Source: Geosiphon pyriformis uo1
Lineage: Eukaryota > Fungi > Glomeromycota
Assembly: GCA_016748015.1 (NCBI GenBank)
Contig: JAAOMT010000620.1
Span: forward strand, 551,684 to 615,683
Direction of reading: 5' to 3'
DNA length: 64,000 bases
Each line of letters starts with the position of its first letter. Position 1 is the first letter of the stretch. The notes below the pieces were generated by a model. That model was not told where the DNA came from. It was given only the letters and a program-made list of their open reading frames with translations, and did no database searches. Shown piece after piece: positions 51,868 through 64,000 of the stretch. The position numbers and the translations under genes were made by a program.

Positions 51868-54800
51868 TGTTATCCAATAAAAATTAACAAAAATCAAAAA
51901 GTAATAATATTATAATATATTAATTAATCATTAAATAACAATATAAATAGTACAGATTAATGAATAAAATTAAAAAATGTAATATGTACACAATAACATA
52001 CAAAATGTGCACAAATACATCTAATTTAATGTAATTATAAACAAATAAGCCAAGAAACACTCACAGTCAAACAGAAAGTCTAATAATTTATCAATTATTT
52101 ACTAATTAGTTAAAATAGACATGATTATATATAACTCAAAATATGTATATATATAATAGCTTTCTAACTAAAAAAAAAACATACAAGAAAAAAGAATAAT
52201 AAGAAATAAAAAGTCAATTAAATAAAAAAAATAAAAAAATTGAATTATAATCTCAAAAAAAACTAAACAATATGTCTGTTAAACTTTGTATTATCCACTA
52301 ATATTAAGATTAGTAAAATTGAAAACCTTTTTTTTATAATTTAATTCTTTGTAAATAACCAAAAAAGCCATTATCTTTTTTTCTACTATTGTTTTTTTGT
52401 TGAAAAAAAACAATAATGAAAACATTTAACATGTCAACAAAAACACAAATGAGATTCAAGCTTAAAAAAATTGAAAACATATTAAAAGGATATTAAAATA
52501 CATGAAATCACCTAAAAAATATTTGTAATATCTTGACTAAAATCAACAATCAACTTAAAAATCTGAAATAAACTTTTCATATTTTTGAAAAAAAATAATC
52601 TCTGATTAAAATTATTTTATAAATATTAATTTTGTTGAATTTTACTTTTATTTTAAATTTATTAAAAATAAAATACTGCTTTACTATAAGCAAAAAAATA
52701 CAAATATTTAATATTAGCATAAAATAAAAATAATATCTTTATAAGAGTCTTAAGAAAAGACAAAATCAGAAGTATAAGAATACAACAAAAATTTTTCTTG
52801 AAAAACTAGCATAGCAGTGGCTATTAACAGTAATTTTAACAAAAACATTACATCACATACTAAATCCAATAACAAAAATACTTACCAGAAAAAATTATCT
52901 AATATTTGCTAAGAAATTAAAAAAACTTACTAAGCTAATATTTAAATTCTTAAATAAAAGAAAATATTAATATATTAAACAGAAATTTAACATAAATCAA
53001 AAATAACACTAATCAAAACTGATATACATATTTTTGTATCAAAATTGAATAATTTACTATATTATTACTTGATCTGAAAAGCCATAGAAATTAATTATAG
53101 TATAATTACTAAAAAAAGAAAAAAACACTTATAACATTTGGTATTTACTTCAAAGTTCAAATTTAACTTATTTAAGCCATTTAAATCTTAACAATAATTA
53201 ATTGGGTAAATTAATAAATCAAAATAGCAGAATTAGTAACAATTACTAATTCTTTTAGCCAAAACCTATATTATTAATTTCCAAAAAAATTGGAATTTAC
53301 CTGATAATTGTTTTTTAGCTAAATCAATTTTTAACTATTATATATAATATCAAATTCAATATTTACTTAGGCAAGATTCAGAATCCTAAGAACAAAAACA
53401 AAGCCTATATTAGGAATTAATCTATTATATTACACTATTCAATACACAATCATTTTCAATAACTCTGATATAAATACATCAAAAAATTGAGAAATACATC
53501 TAAAAAAGTTTCTATTTACTTTTAACAAAAACAATAACCAAGATAACCAGTTAAAAATTTTAGTATAAACACTTTATCAAAAAATTATAAGTCAACAGCA
53601 AATTTTAATCTTATTATATAAAAAAATCTTAAGTTATATTATTAGAAACTTTATTCTATTATCTGTTATCAAATAACCAAATTAGTATATCATTAAAAAC
53701 TACATCCTTATCTATCACAAAAACAACTCCTAAATTTCTAACTATATTTACACTTTATTTAGAAAAAAAATTTTTGAAAAATTTATTTTAAGAAAATACT
53801 TGTTACAATTATTAAACCCATTTCCTTTACAATCAAACTTTTAGACCACTTGAAAACTTAAGTCTGAATCTAAATTAAAACCTAAGTTTAAACATAATCA
53901 AGAAAACAAAATACTAAAAAAAAAAGAAAAAAAATTTTTAAGTGAATTGAAACTAAAACTAATAGCTTTTTTTGTTCAAATATCTGTAAATCCTCAAAAA
54001 ATGACTGCTTTCTATATTACAAAATTGACTAATTTTACCAAAAAAGAAGAAAATAATCATATTTAAATTGAAAAAGCACAAAAAACAATTCTAGTAAATA
54101 ATTAAAATAAGACTTACAGCCTTCAAACTTTATTCTTCTTCTTAAAAAACACAGTTGATTCTTAGTATTAGAATTTAAATTCCAAATCCAATACTTTTGC
54201 ATGATTTTAAAATACATTCATAAAATATTTCTGCAACTTCAACACTATTATTAAACTTCAAAATAAATTCAGTATTATTAAATAACAATCCAATAAAACA
54301 GTGATTAAATATTTCAATAGATTTAATCATGTTTTATAATAAATTAGAGTTATAGAAAACAACTATTATACAGTTTTTCAGATTTTTAATCAGTTTGTAA
54401 AAGGATTAAGAAATAGTATCCTAAAACAAATAAGACCATAATATTTGAAAAATTTATCCCAAGTTGTTATATTGGCTTAAGATATTAAGTTAGCTAAAGA
54501 AAAAATTAATCACAATAAAATAGTAAACTTGGTAATAAATAACAATAACACCAAAGAACTAGAAGATAAGATTATTTAACTTAAAAAAAAATTATTTTAG
54601 AAGATAAAAAGTTATCTTGTCAGACTTCAAATATCAAATTAATATTAATTATTATAATAATAAAACCAAACATCCTTCCAAAATTGTGGCTATTAAAACT
54701 CAAATAAAAACCAACAGAATATACTAATATGTTATTATTATTAAAAATACAAACATATTAAAACTGAATAATAATTACTATAGTTCTATCAAAACATGCA

Positions 54801-57248
54801 AAGAAACAATTCATAGAATTTTATTTTCTAATAATTAATATTTAATATCTTAGAATTAATACTTAATATCAATTCAATAATATTCTTAACAATAATTATT
54901 ATGACAACAAAATCTGGTCCAGTCATAATGCTTAGTTCTATTATAACAACTATAGTAAACATCAACTTTCAAACTATATTTCCAAAACTTAAATTGAAAA
55001 AAATATATTTACTTCCAAATTCAAACTTTTTGGATTAGTTAGTAGCAAATACAATAATATTATAAAACCTAAGTTTAAATAATAATAAATAATACAATAT
55101 ATCTATATATTATTAACAAGCATTTTTTAATTTACCCAAACTACAGAATTTTTATAATACAGCATTTTACAAAGATCAGAATATTAGCACTATTAAAAGC
55201 TCTGCCATTAATACCAGTAAAAGCACCAGTATGATTTCTTTCATAATTATTACCAATAATAAAACATTAGCTGCCATATTTTCTTTTGAACTTGAGGAAA
55301 AAAAATTCATTTCTATTTTGTTTAGCAGAACTGCTTTAAATAAAAATAAGCCAATTATTATTATATATGCTAAGGCAAAAACAAATAGTAAACTTATCAA
55401 ACTGGTCTTAAAAAGTAGATTAACAAGAAACATTATTACTTTTTAATTAATAAATCAATTAAGTTATTAAATTGACAGAAACACCAGTACTTTTATTATT
55501 ACTACTAACAGAACCAAAATAGTGCCAATTAGAAAAATTGATTTCTTTTTCTTCAATATAAACAGAATAATCATTTTTACTAAAATATTAGTTATAAATA
55601 CAATTTAATGCCAAGCACTAGTCAAAAATGATTGATTAAAAAAAACAAATACCACTTTAGATTAGTTGACTTAAGAGTTATAACTAACATATTAGAGATA
55701 ATACATACAAGTATTTGTTACATATAAATATTTTAAAAAAAATTTCCACACAAACAATTTACTCCAGTTTGAATTTAAAAAAACATTAGAAATAAAAACA
55801 TTAAAACATATTAAATTAAGTAGAACAAAAACAACCATAAAAAACTACTACTTGTTTTTAGATAGACTAATAAAATTTTTAACTTTACACTATTGCATTT
55901 TTTTTGCTTTTAATATTACTAAAGTCATTAACCAAGATTACAATATTCAGTTTGTTAAAAGAAACTATTTTTTATAATGGCTTGTGTTGCTTATATAAAA
56001 ATAACTAACAAACCACTTACTACTATTGTAATTAATATTACAAAAAAACATATGAATATCCAAAATGATTAAAAAAATAAAACAAAACTTCTTATATTAA
56101 ATATGAAAAAATTTTATTTGATGAATATAACTAGATTGATATACAATTTAGAGAAGTTATATGTAATCTCACTTGTCAATATACCATTCTTATTACTGAC
56201 TGAATAAGAGAAAAAACTTTTTTTAACACTATTTATAATAAAATTCTAAATTACATATATTATTATTTATATAATACTAAACAACTATATAATATGGCTA
56301 AAGCAAATATATAAAGTAGAATAGTCAAAAAAATTTAAAATTGAAAGATACTGGCAGAAGTTATTGAAAAAATTATTAGATACAATTTTTTAGACTTTAT
56401 ACAAAAATCTTAAGACTATTATCAAGAACTTTGTCTTACACAAAAAAAGCAAAAACAATATTTTATGTAGATAAATACTTATCTGTATAAGAACTGCTTA
56501 ATTCTTTGTCAATTACAATAGTGTTTTAACTGTTAGCTCTAGTCCAAACTATCTGAAAAAACAGTTCAATCTGAAAATTATCCAAACCATAAAGCAAGAA
56601 ATGCAATTTTACAAATATTAGAGGTATTATTAAACAATTTACATATTTCTATCAATTTCTAATAAAAATTGAACATCAAATACTTTATTAATAACAACTA
56701 AAAAATTTTTTCAGAGTAAGTATATTTAACTAATGCTGAATTTGATCTCTAATATCTTGGAAACCAAACACTAATGTTAAAACTATTTGCCATTATTATA
56801 ATTGACTTAAAAATAGTGTTTGAAATACCAATTAGAGCCATAATACAAATGACTTTTTGATTTAGTATAGCCAAAAAAAAATTAATATTAAAAGAGAAAT
56901 TATAGACTCTGAATACACAAAAAATCTTATAGTTCTATTATGCAATAAATTAAATTGATCATATGTAATTGAACTAAAAAAAAAATAGCACAAGCAATTT
57001 TTTTACTTTTACTTTAAATTACCAAATTAATTACCACTAAAATCCAAAAAAAGTTAAGAGAAACCAAATATAGAATTTAAGATCTTGGTTTTATAAAAAC
57101 AGTTACACTACTCATTAACTACATAAAAACAATACAAAAAAACTTAGACATAATCTAAATTGATAAAATAATTACAATTACATTATTTAAAACATACTTA
57201 TTTAATACATATAAAAAAACAACAAAAAAGATTTTTTATTTGAATTAT
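51868..57248 (+). mobile_element. Degenerate Gypsy of a further family (LTR-like start, gag, protease, Cys-rich region, dUTPase)
   Basis: TGTTATCC at 51868 interrupts the older protease relic. Relics of gag (near 54000), protease (near 55390) and dUTPase (about 56700-57100). Confidence 0.68.
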
Positions 57249-58170
57249 TATTACTGGTAATTATTTAGGATGTTAAAACAAATAACAAACTCATAATTTA
57301 GTATTCAATAACTGTTAATAATGATAATTTTTAAAAATTTTGGTTGAGTTTTTTGTATAATAGATAGAGATTTAATTGATGGTTTCTTCTGTGAATTTTT
57401 TTCTTTAATATGATAGCTGATTTATTCTGACAATTATGTTTTTTTGGTAAGCTATTCTTAAATTTCTATTCTTGTTTCCAGATTTTTTATCAGGTTATTT
57501 TTAATATTAATTACTTAGCACTTAATCTTTTTAATCAATTAGTAAACAACAAAGAAAACAAAATAAAAATAAAAAATAAAATAAAAAATAAAAAATTAAT
57601 ATCTCATCAATAGTTATAATTAAGAACTATTAGTTTAGTGTAGTTAAGTATTAGATTCTATTAACATAAAGCATTAATAGTATAAAATAAATTAATATTT
57701 TTTTAATCAAGTAATGATAATATAGATTTAGATTATAATAGATGTTTTATTAATATAAATATAATTTCACTTCAAGTTATAAAAAACTATCTTTTGAAGA
57801 AAAGAATATTGTTGTTTTGAACTGAATTGTTTGTTTTTTTTGCTTCTAATATTCTCACTATATATACATAATTTATGTTATACAAGATTCTTTAAAATCT
57901 TTTAATTTCTTTAAAAGTAATTTTGGAATTCTGGAATTCTGCAATTTCTTGAAAGGAATCCTGAATTTTTTTTTTACTATGTCTATTTTATCTACTTATT
58001 ATAATTTCTAATTTCTATAAGTAATATTATTTTTTTCTTTTAATATTGAGCTTTATCAAAATTTCTTAAATCTTCTAGCTTTTCTAAATCTATACTGGTA
58101 GGTAAGTAAAGTTCCAATTTAATGACAATTTTTCTGAGATATCTGAGATTAAACTTTGTATTAATATCAT
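57249..58170 (-). repeat. LTR of the older family, reverse orientation
   Basis: Reverse complement matches about 37950-38629. Right boundary uncertain because a younger LTR is inserted at 58171. Confidence 0.72.
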
Positions 58171-61100
58171 TGTTACCAGTAGAATTTTAGCTATTAATTA
58201 GCATGAAATTACCCTCATAATTCCTATTATTAATTAGCATATATTATTATTATTTCGATTATTACTTATTATTTAATCAAATTATTAAATATTATTACTC
58301 AATCAATAATCCGATTTGTACTATAGAAATTAAGATGATCAAATTACACAATACCCTGAACCATTTAATATAGTCAAAATTCGCCGAAATAATTAATAGT
58401 TCAGTGAAATAACTTGTAGTTTGCCAAAATATATCTTTAGTTCACCAAAATTGTAGCAAAGAGAAAAGTGCAAGTTCAAAGACTAGTACTACAACAAGTT
58501 GTATAAAAAAAGAGCTTCTCTCTTCAAGAAAATGTATCTTCTCATAGTATCTTACCATAGTATCTTACTTTAGATATCTTATTTACAACAAATTACCTTT
58601 TACATATCTCAAATAAAAACAAAATATTCGAAAACCAAATTCTTTGATTATTACACTTGAAATTCTCTAAACACAACTAACATTTTGAAATTGATTAGCT
58701 ACCAATTTCAGTAATCTGTTAGTGACTCCAGGCTTGAATAGAAAACGTTTTCCTTGATAAAATCCTATTTCTTTTACATTTTTTTTATTTTTTTTTATTT
58801 TTCTTATTACAATCATTAAGGTAGCCTACAGATAAGATTCCTGCAGAAGAGTTGACTTTCACAGCAAAGTGACTACACATTTTTAGTGAGCTTCCAGACA
58901 AGCAATTTCTAAGAAAGAGTTGACATTTACTACAATGTAACTACACAAAGTAACTGACACAGAATTGGTTATTCCACTTATAAGTCCAGCAGTTCAAATT
59001 ATAGGAGATAATTTGAAGATAAATTCAGTTACTGGAGGTCCAACTACTTCCTAAAAACGTGAATTCACAGCAAATTAACACTTAACAACATTCAAGAAAA
59101 GAGACCAAAAACCTCTAGTAACATTTGGTGCTTTCTAATGGAAATAACACAGCAATAACAAATTCAAAGTGGTGACCACACCAGACACAACAACTCTAGA
59201 GTATTATCAGTCAATTTATACTCACTGCAAGCAAAGATTCAATATCCCAGACGGAATTGAAGTTGTCAAGAAATCAGTATACTAATACATTGAAAACTGC
59301 ATTAACAATTATTTTTTTGGAAATTACAACATTTTAGAAGTTAAAAACAACCTCTACAATAATTTAGTGCACTATTCACAGTTGAGAACTAAAGACTTTA
59401 ACAGTGAAACACTTGCTACCTACTTCCAAGAACTTAATTTTAACATTATCCAGTATTGTAAAGAAACATATCCAGTACAGTCTAAATACTCTATTGACTT
59501 TGAATTAGAGACAGAAACAAGCAACAAAGACAAACAAAAACAACATTCAAGTACTATTTCAAATACTCCAAAGACACCAAAGACGACTGCCAAACACTTA
59601 CAAACACCTAAACAAGGAACCAGTGTCAAATTACCACTTTCTATTACACCATTTCTAATTTTACTTGTTCAATCACAAACACCAAATTTACTACTTACCT
59701 GTTTTTCCAGACCAGAAGATTTTCAGTTACCTAAAAATTCTACTCAATAGCAAGAACCAATATCAAACACTAATCTTTTTGATTACTTACAGAAAAATGA
59801 AAGTAATCATTCAGAGAACCTGGAAAGTAAAGAAACTGAATTAGAACCAAAAGAAACTACAGAAAACAAAGAAAAAATAGCAACTGCTTATATTGCAAAA
59901 ATCCTAGAATTTACTAGTAAAAATAATAATACTAGCTCTCAAAAATGGCTTGACAAAGTCCAGAAAGCAGGAAATGCAAATAGATGGAATGCAGCAAGAA
60001 TGTTCAAAGCAATCTTATACTTTCTTTAAGAAACTACAGAAAAATAGTTTAAAAACTTAGAAGAACTATTTGAAAACTAGCAAGCATTCAAAGATGCTTT
60101 CTTACAACAATTTACTAATAACAACACCTTTATTACTCTTCACAATTACTTTTGTAATATCAAACAAAAAACATCTAAAATTGTTATAACCTATTTTGGA
60201 AGATTCAACAAACTTCTTTAACAAATTTAACAATTGGAAACCAATAAATACTATTCCAATACCCAGATTTTGGATCAGTTTATAGCAGGATTAAAAGACA
60301 AATTAATCAAAAAAGTTCACCCACATGTCTCAGAAGACTTAGCAACAGCTATTAGACATGCAAAAAACTATAAAATGACAATGGAAGAAGCAAATCATAC
60401 TAAACTTGTAAATCTTGCTATTGGAAAAACCAGCTCAACAGCTGAAGAGAAAATTAACCAACTTACAAAAAAAGTTGAGAACTATTTTACCAACTAACAA
60501 CAACAGCAACAACCACAAAAATATTAGTTATCATAGCAATAAAACCAAAACAATTACTCTTCATCAACAAACAGCCAAAACCAAAGTTGTTACTATTATG
60601 GAATTCCAGAACATTGGAAACAAAATTGCAGAAAGCTACAAAGAAACCAACAAAACAAGAGTAATCAACATTACTCTTCAATATAGCAATCTTATTATCA
60701 GTTTCCACCACCAGTCTACTATTTCTTAAAACTCCAACAGCAAACCAATTACTATTAATCTGTTCCACAGCAACAATATCAACAATCACTTACACAACAA
60801 TATCAATTACCAGCCCAAAAATTGGTTTAATACAACCAATTTACACCACAAAACTGTTTTTCAACAAACAACAATAGAATTAACTTAAACAACCAGTTGG
60901 TTCCTCAAAATTCCAGTCAGCAAAGATCCAATCACTACCACACTCAACTCAATTATCTTGTAATGCCTGAAGGATTGAATTTTTAACAAACTGCACTTTC
61001 TGAAAGTGAAGTTGCAACAACAAGATCAAATACTTCCAATAATACTATTCTACCAGCCCAAATTACCCAAAATGCCAACCTTTCAGATATATTCCTATTC

Positions 61101-64000
61101 GAATTTGAAGCCAATAAATCACCATTTTTGCTTAGCAATACAGTAATCAATAAACAAAAAGCAATTACAGCTATGTATATTGAAGCTGAAGTAGAAGAAA
61201 AATTCATTCAGTTAATTCTAAACAGTAGATTAGCTGGAAATATTATTACCTACCAATTAATGCAACAGCTTCAAAGAACTGTTGACAGACTAGTCCAAAC
61301 TGTAATTGTCACTGCAAATGATATGAAAAAGACACCAGTAGAAAAAATTAACAATTTCTTATTTATTATTGATGAAATTACCATTCCAGTCAAAGTTTTA
61401 GTCATAGATATACCCCAATATCAAGCTTTTATTGAAAACAATTGGCTTTTCAAGACCAATGCAAATTTAAATTGGGAAACCCAGAAATTAAAAATTTTAT
61501 ATCAAGGACAATACACTAGAGTACCTGCCATCTGTAATACTTTTAATAAAAAATCTGAAAAAAACTTGGTATTTGAGTTTGAAGAGAAAAAAAAACTACC
61601 AATCACTGAAATCTTTATGGCTCTTGGATTACCATCCAATTGGGCTGAAAAAACAGAACAAGAAATCTTTGAAAAAACCAGAGGATGGAATATTGTTTGA
61701 TACTCTATACCAGAACCAAGAAACAACCACCCTATATTTCACTCAAATGCAAAGATTACAAGAAAAAACTTTTATTAATAGAAGCATGTATTTCTTCAGA
61801 AGAGGATATAAAACTCACACTTATTACTACTGCAAAACATGCCATAGAGAACGATTTGAATACCCCAAATGAAGTGGAAAATAGGACAACACTTTTTGTC
61901 TTATATGTGAAGATATGCTACCAGAAAAATACAATTGAATTGATATTGCAATGAAAGAAGAAGTATGTAACTAAATCTGTCAATATGCCCTATCAATCTC
62001 AGAAAAAGTCAGAAGAAGAACACCTTTTTATGTAGCATACAACAGTGCTTTCAATAAACTTTACCATTATTCTTATGATGCTGAAATAATCTTTGACTTA
62101 GCAATAACTTTAATTAATAGACCCACACAAGAAAATGTCCACCAAATAAAAAAAGCTGAATACATTGAATACACTATAGAACTAGCTGAATTCAATTATA
62201 AAGATGAAGTGAAAACATACTACCAAATTGCAAGTCACATTTATCCAATCCAAGAAGCTCAAATTCAATAATTAGAGCAAATGAACATTCAATTGTGTAA
62301 AGAATGCATCATGCTTTGTAATAACAAATAGTGTCCAGAATGCTATGCTTTTAGCATTCCTCTGTCCAGTGAAAATGACCAGGAAAAAATTAAATTCGGG
62401 AAATCTGAAACAAAGGAAGAAATTGCAACAATATCCATCTATCTTACTGAAAACCAACCTGTTATACAACTCAAATACTTTGACAACAATGGACAAGGAA
62501 TAAAACCAAAAAAAGCCCATAAAATTGATGCAGGATATGACCTCAAATATTCTGGCAAAAACACTTTGTTTCTTCAACCAAAATTCTTAACCAAAATCAA
62601 TCTTAAAATTGCTTTTGAAATACTACCAGAAGCAATGATACAAATTGCTTCTCAATCATTATTGGCAAGCAAAAGAATTAATGTTAGAGAAGGAGTTATA
62701 GATACAGAATATACTGAAGACATTACCATTATGTTACAGAATGAAACAGACAAATCATTTAGAATTAAACATACTAAAAAAATTGCCCAAGCAATTTACT
62801 TATCCTTAATCAACATTTCAGAGTTACAATCAGTTAACAACAGAGAACAATTGGGAAAAAGTAAAAGAAGAACTTAAGATTTTGGTTCAATTAGATAATT
62901 TACAGTTCCAGTAAACATAGTTCTTAATACACAAAGTAAATCTTACCAGATTCTTTAACTTCTTTAACCAATTACCATTTCACTTTTTGGAAAACATCAC
63001 AAAATCTTGCTTAAAACCCACCACTACCCAACAAATCTTTGAATCCAATAAACAAATTTGTTTAAAGCATAAAATCTTAATTTTAAACGTTTATATTCTC
63101 AAAGAAATGAAGAAATTTTAAGTTACACTTTACAAATTCAATAATTATCCTATTGTCTTATTGAATAAATTAGAGATTAGAATCATATACAGCAACATCT
63201 TTCAAGATAAAAACCCTTAAATTGTCTCTAATTTTATCAAAATTATAAGACATACTCTATTTTCAAATCTAAACATCATTCTTACTACTGAAAACTACCA
63301 CCTTTTAAAAGAAAAACTCTTTCAAATCAACATGGGTCCCTTAAAACCCTAATAACAAAGACAATTGAAACAGCTAATAGCTGAATTTGCAGATATATTT
63401 GCAAAAAACAACAATGATCTTGAAAAAACTAATATTGTTCAACACCAAATCCATACAAGAGATGCTTCACTAAAACAACAACAAGTCTATCAAGTTCCAC
63501 TTGCCAGCCACCAATTTATCAGAGAAGAGGTCCAAAGAATACTTAATAACAGACTGATTTAACTATTAAGAAGTCCATGAACTTCACCAATAGTTTTTGT
63601 CAAAAAAAAAAAAAAAAAAATCAAATTTTGCATTGACTATTGCCAATTAAACAGTGTGACAATTGAAGATGTCTACTCTCTTTCCAGAATTGATGACATG
63701 CTAGATACTTTAGAAAAAACCAAGTTCTTTTCAACTTTAGACTTGGAAAGTAGATACTGAAAAATCAAAATAGACCTAAAAGATCGACCCAAAACAGCAT
63801 TTACCACCCAAGAAGGAAACAATAAGTTCAATATCATGTTTTTTGAACTCTATAATGCACTAGCAACATTCCAGCAATTCATGGATATTATATATAAAGA
63901 ACTCTTGTGACAATTAGTAGTTGTCTATCTAAATAACACTAATGTGTATTTACCAAGCTTTAAAGCTCATCTTATCTACCTGTGAAAAGTTTTTCAATAA
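58171..64000 (+). mobile_element. Ty3/Gypsy copy 3 (5' LTR 58171-59123, gag, PR, Cys-rich domain, dUTPase, RT; runs off the window)
   Basis: Colinear with 39368-46190 and more heavily mutated; LTR TGTTACCAG...CTAGTAACA followed by a PBS-like TGGTGCTT. Confidence 0.94.

Overview
Eukaryotic, AT-rich genomic DNA with GT-AG introns. It is probably an early-diverging fungus, Glomeromycotina-like; this is inferred from the protein sequences and element families and was not searched. A compact host-gene island (about 21.5-33.1 kb) holds a small YABBY/HMG-box gene, KGD1, NUDT21/CFIm25 and UTP23. On both sides lie nested retroelements: (i) APE-RT-RNase H LINEs, including an ORF1-only element that shares the LINE 3' tail; (ii) Ty3/Gypsy LTR elements, among them one complete 10.8-kb copy (39368-50164, TSD GCAC) and two solo LTRs with 4-bp TSDs; (iii) a small TIR element. 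The Gypsy family is unusually complex. It has an ATG-free 239-codon frame in front of gag, a Cys-rich domain and dUTPase between protease and RT, an integrase apparently in its own ORF, and an extra 3' ORF running through the PPT into the LTR. Its LTRs carry a 20-bp-period palindrome array and twin bulged hairpins with a compensatory base pair. Repeats show graded, both-strand C-to-T hypermutation ending in near-pure A/T relics, with an apparent CpG/TpC bias that spares the gene island. All alignments and counts were done by eye.
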